Positions 51,425 through 64,000 of a DNA stretch of 64,000 nt are shown here, in pieces. The notes under the pieces are model-generated. The model was not told the origin of the DNA, did not search any database, and saw nothing but the letters and a program-made list of their open reading frames with translations. The stretch covers positions 620,001-684,000 of the forward strand of contig CDLV01000009.1 in NCBI GenBank assembly GCA_001244265.2, written 5' to 3'. The stretch's first letter is position 1; every line of letters starts with the position of its first letter. The DNA comes from Microbotryum violaceum. Lineage: Eukaryota. Position numbers and translations under genes: made by a program.

Positions 51425-52631
51425 AACTGACGCAGAAAGCCGGAAAGGCGACAATCACGACGTTGAGAGCGACCACTGCAAGATGTGAGGTGAGAACTAG
51501 ATAGCAGCGTCCAAGGTGCACCGAGCGCTACCTTCTACCGAGCGGCGATGAGCGACTATGAGCGAGCGCATAGACTCGCGTGCGAATTCCTGGCTATCTA
51601 GGCCGAGTCGGGCAGGTGCCGCCGTGCATCCGTGCATCGGTGGCGGCATGATGGCTGACGGGCTGACAGCGGCCAGACGGCCACGCGCGCGAAAGCGAGT
51701 GCGAGAGTCGGCGAGGCATTATTCTCAGAGCGGAATTAGGTTAATCCGCGCATCGCACGAAATTTTGGCGTCGTCAGCTGGCTTTCGGTCCCACATCTGA
51801 GGGGACTGTGCGACTGTGAGCTCACGTTCGAGGCGACGTTGGTCTCCCATTCGTGGACGGGCCCACGCCGGAGGGCGCTTTGGGCTCATGTTATGCTAAC
51901 GGGAGTTTCTGGCTGCGATACCTCATGTATCAATCCCCCATGACGGCAATCCGACGAGTCTGTAGCTTCAAAATTCGTCCTATACGGAGCTTGAGCTCTT
52001 ACCTGTAGTATTTAATGCAGCCAAGTTTGCTTCCATCTGAGCCCTCGCTCTGCGATCGGAAGTTGAAACCTCGCCTGCGGATCCGGATATCCGGATCCCA
52101 ACATTCACCGTGGCTATTGGGTATAGGTAGGTCGCTAGTACATCCCGACTACTGCTACCTGCCTACCTATGTACGGTCCAATCATAGACAATCAGGCAAA
52201 TTCTCCGCGTTGACACCTTGACCGCTTAGTCTCGACAGTTTTTGCCAAAGGGACGCGCTTTGACTTCAGACGGACAAATTGTTCGAATTGGCGATGAAGG
52301 GAACACGAGGTCCGAGCGCGTCGTTTAGCCGCCGGCGACCAGAAGTCGGCGCCCACATCGAGCCGCGTCCATCGTCGCTACAACATCTGCGTACGTCAAC
52401 GCTACCTGAGCTCTTTCATCCGGATCCATCGCCGAATCCGGTAGGCTCGAAATTACTCCAAGGATCTAAATAGGCACCACTGCGTAAGACGTCCAGCGTG
52501 CCATCGCGCGAAGGCTACGTGGCAGCCGACCCGAGTTCGTACTGAGCTGTGCCTTGCTTCCCACTCAACTCCCAGATCTCCGACGACGCCCTATACTACT
52601 AGAGAGTGAAAACCTCCGGGTTATTTCGCCA

Positions 52632-54058
52632 ATGGCACCTTTGCCCAAGTTCCCGCCGGTCGTGCAACTGCTCGTCTGCGCCGGGGGCATCTACGTCAGC
52701 TTCATGGTCTGGGCATTGGTGAGCAATGCTACCTCGGTCTTGGGCTGAGAGCTGTTATCTGACGGATCTCGTGGGCTTTCTTTCCTTCAGTGCCAAGAAC
52801 GGCGTGAGTGACAAACCTCCCGCTCAGTCTCGAGCTCTGCTCTCGCAGCGCTGACGGGGTGCTGACCCCTATTACGCTCTCCCTTCGCCAACGCATCGCA
52901 GTGTCGACCACACCTTACGAGCACCGGTCAATACCTGGTCGATCCGACAAATTCCGAGCTGTTGTCTTCCTCAACACTGTTCAATCCGTCTTTTCGACCA
53001 TCTCGGCGCTCGTATTCCTCTACCTGACAAAGTACAAGGCGGGACAGTCATTCCGTTCGCTCGTCGGGCTTCCACCCCCGCGGCCTAAGACCGCCACTGC
53101 GAGGTTACCCCAACGACGGACATCGATTGATACGCGTGGAGCTCCGATTTCGACGTCATCACCCCCTGCCTCGTCGCTACTCAAGACCTACGCCTTCATT
53201 TCGCTTGTGTCGTCGCTCGCCTCGCCGTTCGGATTCTTGTCTCTCTCGCACATCTCATTCCCGACCCTGCTCTTGGGCAAGTCGTGCAAGCTGGTCCCGG
53301 TGATGCTCATGAACATAATACTCTACCGACGCAAATTCCCTTTGCACAAGTACGCGCTCGTCGGTCTGGTCACGGCCGGGATCTGGGCTTTCATGGCGTT
53401 CAAACCTCAGAGCAAACCCGCCAAAGGACCGGCGACGTCGTCCTTGCTCGGCATGGTCTTGCTCGGCATCAACCTCGTCCTCGATGGCGTCGTCAACGCG
53501 ACGCAGGACCACGTCTTCGCCACTTATCGTCCCTTGGATGGACCGCAAATGATGTTCTTCATGAACCTGTTTTCGACCGCGCTCACGATCGTCGCTTTGC
53601 TGTTCCCGACCTCGCTCACGCCCACGTTGCTCGCGCCGAGTGTCGCTCGCCACGAATTCCACGTCTTGCCCGTCGACGACCTCGCTCCAAGCGTACCTTT
53701 CAACGCCCTTTCTTCGGCCTTGAACTTCATATCGACCCACCCCAAAGCCAAATTCGACATCTTCCTCTTTGGTCTGACGGGCGCGATCGGACAATTGTTT
53801 ATTTTTGCGACCTTGTCCCTGTACGGTTCTTTGACGTTGGTAACCATCACCGTCACGCGCAAGATGGCAACCATGCTCTTGAGCGTCTTCGTCTTCAACC
53901 ATCAGTTGACGAGGGGTCAATGGCTCGGTGTGATGTTGGTCTTTGGCGCTGTAGCGATGGAAGCTTTGGTGGCGATGAAGGAGAAGAAGGGTAAAAAGAA
54001 AATTGTGAGCGTCGGTGGGAGGAATGGGCATGATCTTAGATCGAAAAAGGAAGGCTAG
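52632..54058 (+). CDS. HUT1: UAA-family nucleotide-sugar transporter (Hut1/SLC35B1-like)
   Basis: 'ISFPTLLLGKSCKLVPVM', 'LDGVVNATQD', 'GAIGQLFIF', 'TITVTRKMATMLLS'; dilysine-like C-terminus KKEG. Confidence 0.9.
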
Positions 54059-54217
54059 TAGACGTGTCCCAAAAAGGTTGCAGCGTCTTAGACAAGGGTT
54101 TCTTGTTTTCTCTTGCAATATAGTATACCCCTCCCCCCTCCCCCTGGTGAGATGGAAATCAATTTGGGAATGCAAAATACAGTCCCGAGTGATCTCCTCT
54201 ACGCAAGGATATCTCAT

Positions 54218-56972
54218 TCAACCCGCAACGGGCTCCCCAGCTCCAATAGCGATAGCAGCTCCTTCTGAATCAGCCTGCTCACCACCCAATTCCTCTGCCG
54301 TCTCCTTGCCATGCCCGACAGGTTGTCCCGCAAACTTGGCTCGCAAAGCCTTAAACCTCTTCCTCTGCGTCACACTAACACTAGGGTTCGTCCTCCCCAA
54401 AGCGACGAGGAAATGCCTCATCTCCACTGTGATTTGTGGCGTACCTTTCGAGAACAGAGGTACGTTCGAGGCCAAGTTGGAAGGATTTTCGTCTTGAAAA
54501 TCGACGCGATCAAAGACGTCCCTTAAGGCCATTACCGCCGCTTCCCTGACCAAAGCACTGAGATCGGCTCCGGAGAATCCATCGCATCGCGAATCCAAAG
54601 CGATCGACGCCAAATCGACGTCCGGACCCAAAGGTGTGTTGTTCGTTTGTGCGCGCAGGACGTCGATGCGTTCTTCTTGGGTCGGTAAATCGACGTAGAG
54701 CAATTTATCGAGGCGACCGGGTCGAACCATCGCGGGATCCAAGATGTCCGGTCGGTTCGTGGCTCCGATAACGAAAACTTGTTTCCGAGGTTCCAATCCG
54801 TCCAATTCGGTCAACAACGTATTCACGACCCGTGCTGAGGACTCGGATAAAGAATCATCACGACGAGGGACGAGCGCGTCCAATTCGTCGAAAAAGATGA
54901 TGCAAGGGGAGGAAGCTCGAGCACGGGCAAAGACTTGTCGAACGGCTCGTTCGGATTCACCGACGTACTTGTTAAGCAATTCGGGCCCTTTGATGCTGAT
55001 AAAGTTGGCGCGGGATTCGTTCGCCACCGCTTTGGCGAGGAGGGTTTTCCCGCAACCTGGGGGACCCCAGAGGAGGACACCGCAGGGGGCTTGAATGCCT
55101 AATGAGGCGAAAACTTCGGGTCGACGGATGGGCCGAACGATCGCCATACGCATCTCTTCCCTGATTTGTTGGAGGGCACCGAGGTCGGCCCAGGTGACGT
55201 TGGGTACGGTTGTGAAACCCTCGCGTTGAGATGAAGGTTGTACAATCGACAGAGCGGCGGTGAAGTCTTCGTTCGTGAGGCAGAGCGACGACAGTTCGTC
55301 TTCGGTTAGAGCGGAGGGGTGGGCTTGGAGGAACGAGGCAATGGGCAGCGCGGCAAGTGACGGTGGTAAGGATGAGAAAGGCGGGATCGTCAAGGAGGTG
55401 TCTTTACCACTGCCTTCGACCGCAGCCTGTGGGTTCGGCGTCGTCGTTCCTGACGGTGGTTCCGAAATTGGCGCTTCGCTGTCGATCATCATTTCCTCCC
55501 CCATCGACTCCATCATTTCACCCTGCCCTTCACCCTCCGCAACTGAAACCGTCCCCAGGATCCTCGGTGCATCCTGTCCGAATCGTTCAAAGATCCTCTT
55601 GACCGCAATCACCCCCGCCGCCCCCGTCAAAGCACTCAAATCCGCGCCGACGTAACCCGGAGTCGACTTGGCCAAAAATGCATAATCAAAGTCACCCGAG
55701 AGTCGGAGTTTGGCCATGAGTACCCTTAGGATACGTTCACGTCCTGCTTCGTCGGGAACGCCCATGGTGATTTCGGCATCGAATCGACCAGCTCGTCGTA
55801 AAGCTGGGTCGAGGGAGTCGGGTCGATTGGTTGCTCCGAGGATCATGACGGGTTTGTTATCGGTCTTGTCCCATGCAAGGTCTGATAGGTAGATTCTCGT
55901 GATATGAGCTTGGAAGTCGCGATAATGGTGAACGATGGATGCAGACTCACCATCCATGCAGGTCAAAAGCTGAGCAACGATCCTTCTCTCCATTTCTCGC
56001 TGCGCCGTCTCTCGCTTGGGCGTGATGGCATCAATCTCGTCGATGAACAGAATACACGGTGCGAGTTTCTGTAGTCGCCAAATCCAAGTCAGCGTTGCAC
56101 GTAATTAGCACGCGTTGAGCCTGAATTCCGGAGACTCACTGCCGCTTCCTCGAACGTTTCCCGTAATGTTTTTTCGGATTCTCCCGACATGCCCGAAACG
56201 ATCGAAGGTGCCGAGATGGAAATGAAGGGGACGGCCAATTCCTGAAAATGGCCCAGGGCCAGCTCTAAAATCAGTTCAAACTCCAGAGCAGAGAAAGATC
56301 GAGTCTTGCCACCACTCACTCCGGCAATCGCGCCGGCCAACATGGTCTTTCCGCACCCTGGAGGACCAACCAGCAGCACACCCCTAGGTGGTCTAACGCC
56401 GGTGTGCAGATACACCTCGGGATGGCACAGAGGCAAAGCGACGAGTTCCAACATGGATTCGATGCACTTGTCGACGCCGCCGAGGTCGCTCAGTCGGGTC
56501 GTCGGAGGGAGATGGGCTTGAGCGATCCCGGCTGAGGCGGACGGTTTGAGTCGCTTCGGGGTCGAGGTTGGATCGTTCGAGGTTCGGGCTAATCTGAGCT
56601 TGCGTTTGGTTGTGGATGAGGAGGAGGTAGGAGTGGCTGGGCCCGAGGAGGATGAAGGGGCCAAGGTAGAGGGAGAGGCTGAAGTGGAGGCTACGGGAGC
56701 TTTCAAAGTTTCTACAGCCGAAAGGGCCGAGGTCGAAGCGACACCCGTGGCTCCAGAGGTGGAAACATCGTCGTTACCCGAAGTGCTCGTGCTACTGGCC
56801 AGGGGCGAGGACGGGGCGGGCGAAGGCGAGTTGAGCGACAAAGTGTTTGTCCGGCGATACATGCCCGACAGTTTTTGGTTCATTAGCCTGATCGCCTGCT
56901 GGGTAGAGCTAATACTTAGCGGACATATCCCAAACCATAACTCGGGTGAATGCTGACCTGATCAGAACTCAT
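54218..56972 (-). CDS. RIX7: Type II AAA ATPase Rix7/NVL (60S biogenesis)
   Basis: Two AAA modules ('GVLLVGPPGCGKT', 'GVLLWGPPGCGKT'), 'SIVSGMSGESEK', 'REMERRIVAQLLTCMD', 'VQPSSQREGF'. Start at a putative micro-exon MSSDQ is tentative. Confidence 0.93.
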
Positions 56973-57260
56973 GTTCGATCACTCGGCGTGAATGAATGCG
57001 GAGAGCGCGAGCTGCGAACTCGAGCGCGACAGGCCGACGTTCGTTGCGAAGTCCCGAAACGGCCAGAGCGGAGACAAATTGCGCCGAGCGGAGCCAGCCC
57101 GGAGAGTGACTTGGATCTCTACACCTCACCAACTCATTCCGTACACCAACATAATCGGTCTTGGATCCTCACCGTCGCAACACACCCACTCCTGGCCGCG
57201 AACGGCTTGAGCTCCTCATCTTACCCCCTGTCCTCAACAGGCTCACGCTCGGTCTCGGGG

Positions 57261-58380
57261 ATGGCCTCCTCTGCCTCTGAACAGCTATGCTACATCGACT
57301 TTGCCGCCGGTAACGTCTCCCTCCACAAACAGCAAAAGAAGCAGTACGATGATCTTGTAGGTTGGCTCGTCAAGAATGGCTCCAACTATGGTCTCGAGCC
57401 TGAGCTGGAGCGATTGGACGATGTGGGGCGAGAGAGTTTGGCTTCCATTTACGAGGGGCCCGGGGCGACCCAGGTATGTCTTGGATTCTAGCCACGATGA
57501 AATTAAAAGTTGAACGGAGCTTAAATACTGAATTTGTAACACCCTTATCGATTCCTTTCAACCCAGATCACCCTCAGCGACCCGAGATCTTTCACCCCAC
57601 CGCCCTCGCTTCTGCTCCCTCGCCTTCACCTCAGTATCAATACCACCTCGGCCCTCAAGAAAACGTCCGACAAATTTCTCACCCTTTTGACGAACGAAAA
57701 GGGTTTAATCAGCAAGAAAGTGCCGGGCAGACCGTTGAAGTATCAAGGCTCGGTCGTGCATCGGATCGAACAGGGGTTCATTGCTCAAGGTGGGGACTTG
57801 ACGAGAGGGGACGGAAGCGGTGGCGAGTCAATATGTGAGTGGGGCCAAGTGTTCGCTCCCTACATATCCCGGAGTATTATGGCTAGATCATTCATCTGGG
57901 TCTGTAGACGGTGGGACCTTCAACGACGACAAGGAAGGGCTCAAAACGGGGTTTCACTACGGCACGATTGCCATGGCCAACTCGGGAAAGAATTGTGCGT
58001 CTCCAGCATCCGAGAAGAACTGGAATAGAGATTTTTTTTTCGGTTCAGCTCGCTGACCGTTTCGAATCGATTGCAGCCAACTCGTCCCAAGTCAGTCTTA
58101 GAGTGGCGCGCAAAATTTGACTGACTACCTACGCGGTGTGCTCGGACTCTTGTACTGACACGTTGGGGCCTGTCAACAGTTCTTTCTAACTTTGACTTCC
58201 GAACCTGCGCGACTCAAGAAACTGACAGGTAAATACGTCGCTTTCGGACGATCGCTCGTCCAAGGGGAAGGTCCGACCGCGAGGGAATCCCGAGCTTGTC
58301 TTGAGGCATTGGATGCGTTAGGGGACGGTAAAGGTGGGACGACGGAGAGCGTTTGGATAGATAATTGCGGTTTGTTGTAA
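57261..58380 (+). CDS. Cyclophilin-type peptidyl-prolyl isomerase with N-terminal extension
   Basis: 'YQGSVVHRIEQGFIAQGGDLTRGDGSGGESI', 'AMANSGKN', 'QFFLT', 'LTGKYVAFG', 'WIDNCG'. Confidence 0.92.
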
Positions 58381-58576
58381 TCAAACGCGAGTCGGGAACT
58401 TTTGTGCGGGTGGGAACTGTTCGCGAGTCGGGCCCAATTTTTCGGGGTCGTGACTCGATCCAACTTGATCCTACTTGATCGAAGCGGGAGCGATGCTGAC
58501 GTCGATCGAGGGGAAAGTGACGGCGAGGTTGGCCTTCGCAATCCCACATTCTACTCCGAGTTCAGCGCCAGTAGCA

Positions 58577-61500
58577 ATGGCAACCGGACTAACCAGCGTT
58601 CCATCCAGTCACACAAGAAATCTGTGCATTGTGGCGCATGTAGAGTGAGTCGTCCAAGGTCCTACACGATGGTGCAGCTCATGTAGCCAGAGTCACGCTG
58701 CGAAATGGCCGAGTCGGATGCTGACCTCATCGCACTCATCTTGGCCGGTCGACTTCTCCTGCTCGACTGTAGTCATGGAAAGGCGAGTCAAGGCCAGATA
58801 TAAGCTCCACTGGTGCTTCACATGCTAATTCAGCTTCGTGGTGTCTGCTGCACAGTCATCATTCGCGGACTCGCTGCTCGCCTCGAACGGGATCATCTCG
58901 TCTCGTCTGGCCGGGACAATACGTTACCTCGATTCGAGGGAGGATGAACAAGAAAGAGGCATCACCATGGAATCATCGGCCGTCTCATTAGGGTGGAGGA
59001 TACCGAGTCAACCTGCGGACGGTGAGCAGATGACCCTCCTTCGCTCTTTCGGATCGGACGAATCGCTGATGGTGTGTGGGGGAATGCTCCCTACGACGGA
59101 TCGACTAGGTTCTGCGTCCGTGTTGGAAGAGTACAGGATCAACTTGATCGATACACCTGGCCATGTTGACTTTTCGAGTGAGGTCTCGACCGCTTCGAGG
59201 TTGTGCGATGGCGCTCTGGTACTCGTCGATGCCGTCGAGGGTGTCTGCACTCAGGTGAGCTTTCGCCGAATACGTCGGGCACCACGCAATGGATTCATTT
59301 ACGTTCCTTTGTTCTCTAGACCATCACCGTCCTTCGTCAAACCCATCTATCCTATCTCCGACCCTTGTTGGTCATCAACAAGATCGACCGACTCGTGACC
59401 GAGCTCAAGCTCTCCCCGTCGGAAGCGTACCACCACCTCTCGCGCATCATCGAAGACGTCAACGCCATCGTGGGTTCCTTCTACGCCGGCGAAAGGATGG
59501 AGGATGATTGGAGATGGAGGGAAAGACGCGAAGCCGCTGCTGCTGCCCGGTTTGGAGCGGAATCGATTGGGGACGTCGTTGATGAGGAGTACGAAGAGAG
59601 GGACGATTCGAACCTCTACTTCGATCCTTCGAACGGGACCGTGCTCTTCTCCTCTGCCATGGACGGATGGGCGTTCAGGATCTCCCGGTTTGCTCAACTG
59701 TACGCTGTCAAGTTGGGCATGAGTGAAGCCAATCTCAATCGATGCCTGTGGGGCGATTGGTACCTCGATCCCAAGACGAAGCGAGTGATCAATCGCAAGA
59801 AGATGGAGGCGAGTGGCAAGAAGCTCAAGCCATTGTTCGTGCAATTCGTCCTCGAGGCCATTTGGAATGTGTACGACTCGGTCGTGTCGAATAAGTCAGT
59901 TAATGAAACATCTGCGTGGTTGATGTGCACGGCTGACCCCATTCCATCTCTCCCCTCCAGCAACCCGCCCAAGATCGACAAGATCATCTCCTCGCTCAAC
60001 ATCAAAGTCCGACCGCAGGACCTTCGAGCCAAAGATACGCGCAACCTCCTCCTCTCCATATTTTCCCAATTTCTTCCCTTGGCGCCTTCGACCTTCCGAG
60101 CCGTGATCGACAAGGTACCTTCCCCACCCATTGCGCAGTCCACGCGAATGCCCAAGATGTTACACCCCGACTTGGGGCGATCAATCCATGAAGTCGCACC
60201 AACGAATCGACTTGAGGAGCATCTGTATTCGGGCGAAGAAGGTGTGGATAAGATCAAGGCCGCTTACGTGAGCAAGATGTTCGCGATCAAGAGCGAGGAT
60301 TTGCCGCAGAACCAGAGGAAGCAATTGACAGCTGATGAGATGAGGGCCCGTGGGAAAGCCGCGAAGGAAGCAAGGGATCGTAGGAAGAAGGCTTTGGAGG
60401 AAGGGGTCGAGGTCGGAGAATCGGAGGAGAACAATAGGGAAGAGGAGGAGGAGGCGATTTTGGATAAGGATCGGGAGGAGTTGATTGGGTTCGCGAGGTT
60501 GTATTCTGGCACGATCAAGGTCGGTCAGGGGATGTATGCCGTCTTGCCCAAATACAATGCCGCGCTCGGACCGAATCATGTTTCGAATGCGAAGCATTTG
60601 CAAGCCGTCAAGATTGAGCAGCTGTATATGATGATGGGCAGGGAATTGGTTGCTGTCGAGCAAGTTACTGCGGGGAACCTGTTCGCCGTCGGAGGCTTGG
60701 AGGGCGTCGTCGGTCGGAATGCGACACTGTGCGCGATGCCAGGAGACGGTGAGGCCAAGCAAGGTGCCGACCGAGAAGAGGACAGGGAATGCCTCGTCAA
60801 CCTTGCGGGGTTGACATTGACCGTGAGTTGGATCGTATTGTATCCGCTATGACAATGGAGCTTACGTCACGTCGCATGACCTGCAGTCGGCACCCATCGT
60901 TCGAGTCGCGCTGGAGCCCAAGGAACCGTCGCAAATGGACAAGCTCGTCGAGGGGCTCAGACTGCTTAATCAAGCCGACCCCTGCGTCGAGACTTTGGTC
61001 CAAGAGACGGGAGAGCACGTCATTCTGACGGCTGGTGAACTGCACCTCGAGGTCAGTGTGGAGGCCTTTCTGCGGTACGACGACTCGCGAACTGATCAAG
61101 ATCGGATTTCTCTCAAGCAGCGCTGCTTGAAAGATCTGCGAGATCGTTTCGCAAGGATCGAGATTACCGTCTCGCCTCCCATCGTCCCTTTCCGAGAGAC
61201 AGCGATCTCTGTCCCAGGTCAGTATCATCTCTGGCTCTCATGTTCCCCACCTCCGTTCTAACATCATGGCTCGTCGCGCAGAAATGGCGCCACCCAAAGT
61301 CGCAGATCGACCGCGCGGCACGTTCCTCGGGTCCAATCAATCCAATTTTGTCACCTTCACAGTTCGAGCCGTGCCATTACCGGAAGCAATCACGGCGTTC
61401 CTCGTCGCCAATATGTCGACTCTGAAACGGCTTCAGCGTGATCGGCGAGCCGGCAAATCGGTAGAGGAGGATGCCGTCGTCGAATCAAGAGACGAGACCT

Positions 61501-62739
61501 TCGAGGGGGTCGAGCCCGTTAAGCCGGAGGATTTCTGGACCGAGTTGGAGGCCTTATTCAAGAAGGCTGGCAGGGATTGGGTCGGACTTGCCGATCAGGT
61601 TTGGGCCTTTGGGCCCAAGCGAGTCGGACCGAACATCTTGGTCGATCGGACGTCAGGACATGCGCGGTCGTAAGTGACCATATCGGTCTCTGGGCTGATC
61701 GTCCAGGCGATACTGACTGTCTGTGCAAATCTGAGGTATTGCCAGGCTTCGGAAACGACTTGAGCGACAAAGCCCACTCATTTCCACGAACGGGACAGCA
61801 CTTGCTACGCCCGCACCCGGTTCACCCTCTCTGAAACCCTCAGCCGGCGAAGCCAGCCTCGACAGCGACGAACTGGCTGCTCAACTCGAGGACAGCACCA
61901 TCGCCGATGATCAATTCATCTCCCTGCCAGATGTGCGAGAGTTGGACGAGAATTTTGACAGTGCTTTTCAACTCGCGACGAACCGAGGTCCGATGTGCGG
62001 TGAACCAGTCATTGGGATGGCATTCTTCCTCGAAGCAATCGAGCTCAACGGAGCCGAGCTCACGGCTTCCCAAAGTAGGTCAAGCCCGTCATTGACGTTA
62101 ATCACTCGTGAAGAATACACTGACGCTTTTGATCCTCCATAGTCCGGTCCAAGTGGTCGCTCGCGCGAGGCCAGATCATCTCAACAGGTCGAGAAGCCTT
62201 CCACGCCGGTCTTCTCGACTGGTCCCCGCGTCTCCAACTTGCCATGTATTCTTGCGATATCCAAGCCACTGGCGAAGTGCTAGGCAAAGTCTACGGCGTC
62301 GTATCGAAACGGAAAGGTCGGATCGTCTCGGAAGAGATGAAGGAAGGCACTGCGTTCTTCACTATTCAAGCTTTATTGCCCGTGGTGGAGTCGTTCGGGT
62401 TCGCGGATGAGATTCGAACGCGGACTTCTGGCGCTGCGAGTCCGCAATTGGTCTTCCATGGGTTCGAGATCTTGGATCAAGATCCGTTCTGGGTTCCGAC
62501 GACGGAAGAGGAGCTGGAGGACTTGGGGGAGAAAGCTGATCGGGAGAACATTGCGAGGAGATATATGGATGCAGTAAGGAGGCGTAAAGTACGTTTCTAG
62601 GTCTCGAAGGGAGGGTGTGGATTGATTGCAGAACTGAACTGACAAGGAAAGGCCTGTTCGGACGATTATACAGGGTATGGCCGTCGAACGCAAAGTGGTA
62701 GAACACGCGGAGAAACAAAAGACGCTCAAGTCGGTATAG
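58577..62739 (+). CDS. RIA1: Elongation factor-like GTPase EFL1/Ria1
   Basis: '[13 protein letters not shown]', '[18 protein letters not shown]', '[24 protein letters not shown]', '[20 protein letters not shown]', '[11 protein letters not shown]'. Confidence 0.96.
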
Positions 62740-62756
62740 ACTAGAGTAGACCCCTG

Positions 62757-64000
62757 TCAGTTGATGGCTGCCAAGTCAATCCCGGCGTCGATGTACTTTT
62801 GACGCCAGTGCGAGTACTCTCGCTCGTGAGGCTCAAGCTGGAGATGGGAGCGAGTCATAATTAGATGTGAATCTTGACTAAGATGGGAGCACATGATGAG
62901 GGCTTACGTAAGGTACGCCCAGCAAGTCAAAGATCTCTCGCTCGTTCGTCACGATACGCATGGTCCCAGGCCGGAAGCCATTCGGGTTCTGCGAGCGAGC
63001 TTCGAATCAGTAGGCGCAGCAGCGCGGCGAGGAAGAGCTTTCCTAGACCTACCTGATCTTCTCTCTCAAACTATGCGTGAAGGCCGAGGAATAACTCCAC
63101 GTCAGCGTCTCTTCCTCCCGTCCGGAGAGGAGTGACTGACAGGTCTAGTACCCGAGCTCACCTTGTCCCCCATCCCGTACTCGTTCAAGCACATCCCGCG
63201 AGCTTTGGCGCGGTGTCGCATCAGTTTCATCAGCAACGCGTCACCTGATCCACCGAGGAGCATGTAAGGGTACGAGTCGTATGGACCAAGTCGGATGTCA
63301 ATGCGTCGGTAGTGCTGCCCATTTTTCAGCTTGATCAGACCCTGGAGTGACCAAAAACAGAGGCTGATAAGGGATTAGCGGACCGATCACCAAAATCTAC
63401 CGGCTTCCCCGAGTTTATCTCAGGAAAGTTGACGCACTATATACCTCTTATCGCCATGAGCGAGCCTGTATTGATTCGCCAACAGCCCGCTCGCTTCCAG
63501 TGCTTCCACAATCTGATCGAGCAATCTTCTCGCCTTTTCTTTGTCCTCACTGTCCGTGAAAGAGGGGTGGCGAACTGCAAGATCCAAGTCGGAGGCAAAG
63601 TCTAGACCGCGACGGTAGGAGCCGAGAAGCTCCGTCTCGAAGAGCTTTTCGTCGCCCGTAACGATTGACTTGAGACGAACTTCGATTTCGGCCTTGAGTT
63701 CGTCCATCTCCGAGCGGGAAATGAGACGCTCAAAGTCCTGTACGAAGGAAAGAAACCAAAGAGCTCTTCAGTTTTTCGCCTCATCTCGAAGCGGAACCTA
63801 TTCTTCCCCCTCACATCAAGAAACTTGCTGCCGATGATCTGCGATTCTTGCAACTTGATGGTCCCTAACTCATTAAGCTTGAGCAAGTCCTCGAGCGTGC
63901 GCGCGCCGGCGGCGTAGAACTGCTTTGCTCGAGCACGTCCAATGCTGTTGAAAACAGGATGCATTACGGTGTTGTGAACCTATCAACTGTCGGAGACTGG
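62757..64000 (-). CDS. Family X DNA polymerase (Pol beta/lambda-like), 3' part
   Basis: HhH 'SIGRARAKQFY', 'LGSYRRG...DLDL', 'RRIDIRL', 'RAKARGMCLNEYG', 'LEPHER'. Confidence 0.92.

Noticed and set aside
54218-62739. Functional cluster of 60S biogenesis genes (RIX7 and EFL1)
   Set aside because: Only two genes, separated by a cyclophilin; chance proximity cannot be excluded without synteny data.

Overview
A eukaryotic, intron-rich fungal genomic window. Short GT-AG introns with CTGAC/CTAAC branch points and the gene set point to a basidiomycete; Pucciniomycotina is a guess, not established. Housekeeping genes: SEC10 3' end, an amino-acid transporter, HOB3/RVS161, SDHAF4, ATG26, an SH3 protein, BET1, SVP26, HUT1, RIX7, a cyclophilin, EFL1/RIA1 and a family-X DNA polymerase. 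Accessory features: (1) a spliced gene at ~27.1-30.9 kb (minus strand) with the recognisable conserved blocks of the circadian clock protein FREQUENCY (FRQ), visible in full only after splicing micro-exons; (2) a ~10.1-kb element (5.46-15.6 kb) bounded by long, tandem-repeat-containing inverted repeats, encoding a Mutator-like DDE transposase, SWIM finger, Ulp1-type SUMO protease and a Zn2Cys6 finger, with a nested Helitron relic, lying between an intact and a pseudogenised copy of the transporter; (3) a degenerate near-full-length L1/Tx1-like LINE directly downstream of frq; (4) a 270-bp near-perfect fold-back repeat at 46.7-47.3 kb; (5) an anomalously long, hairpin-rich intron in SVP26. All family assignments come from motif recognition by eye; no database searches were run.
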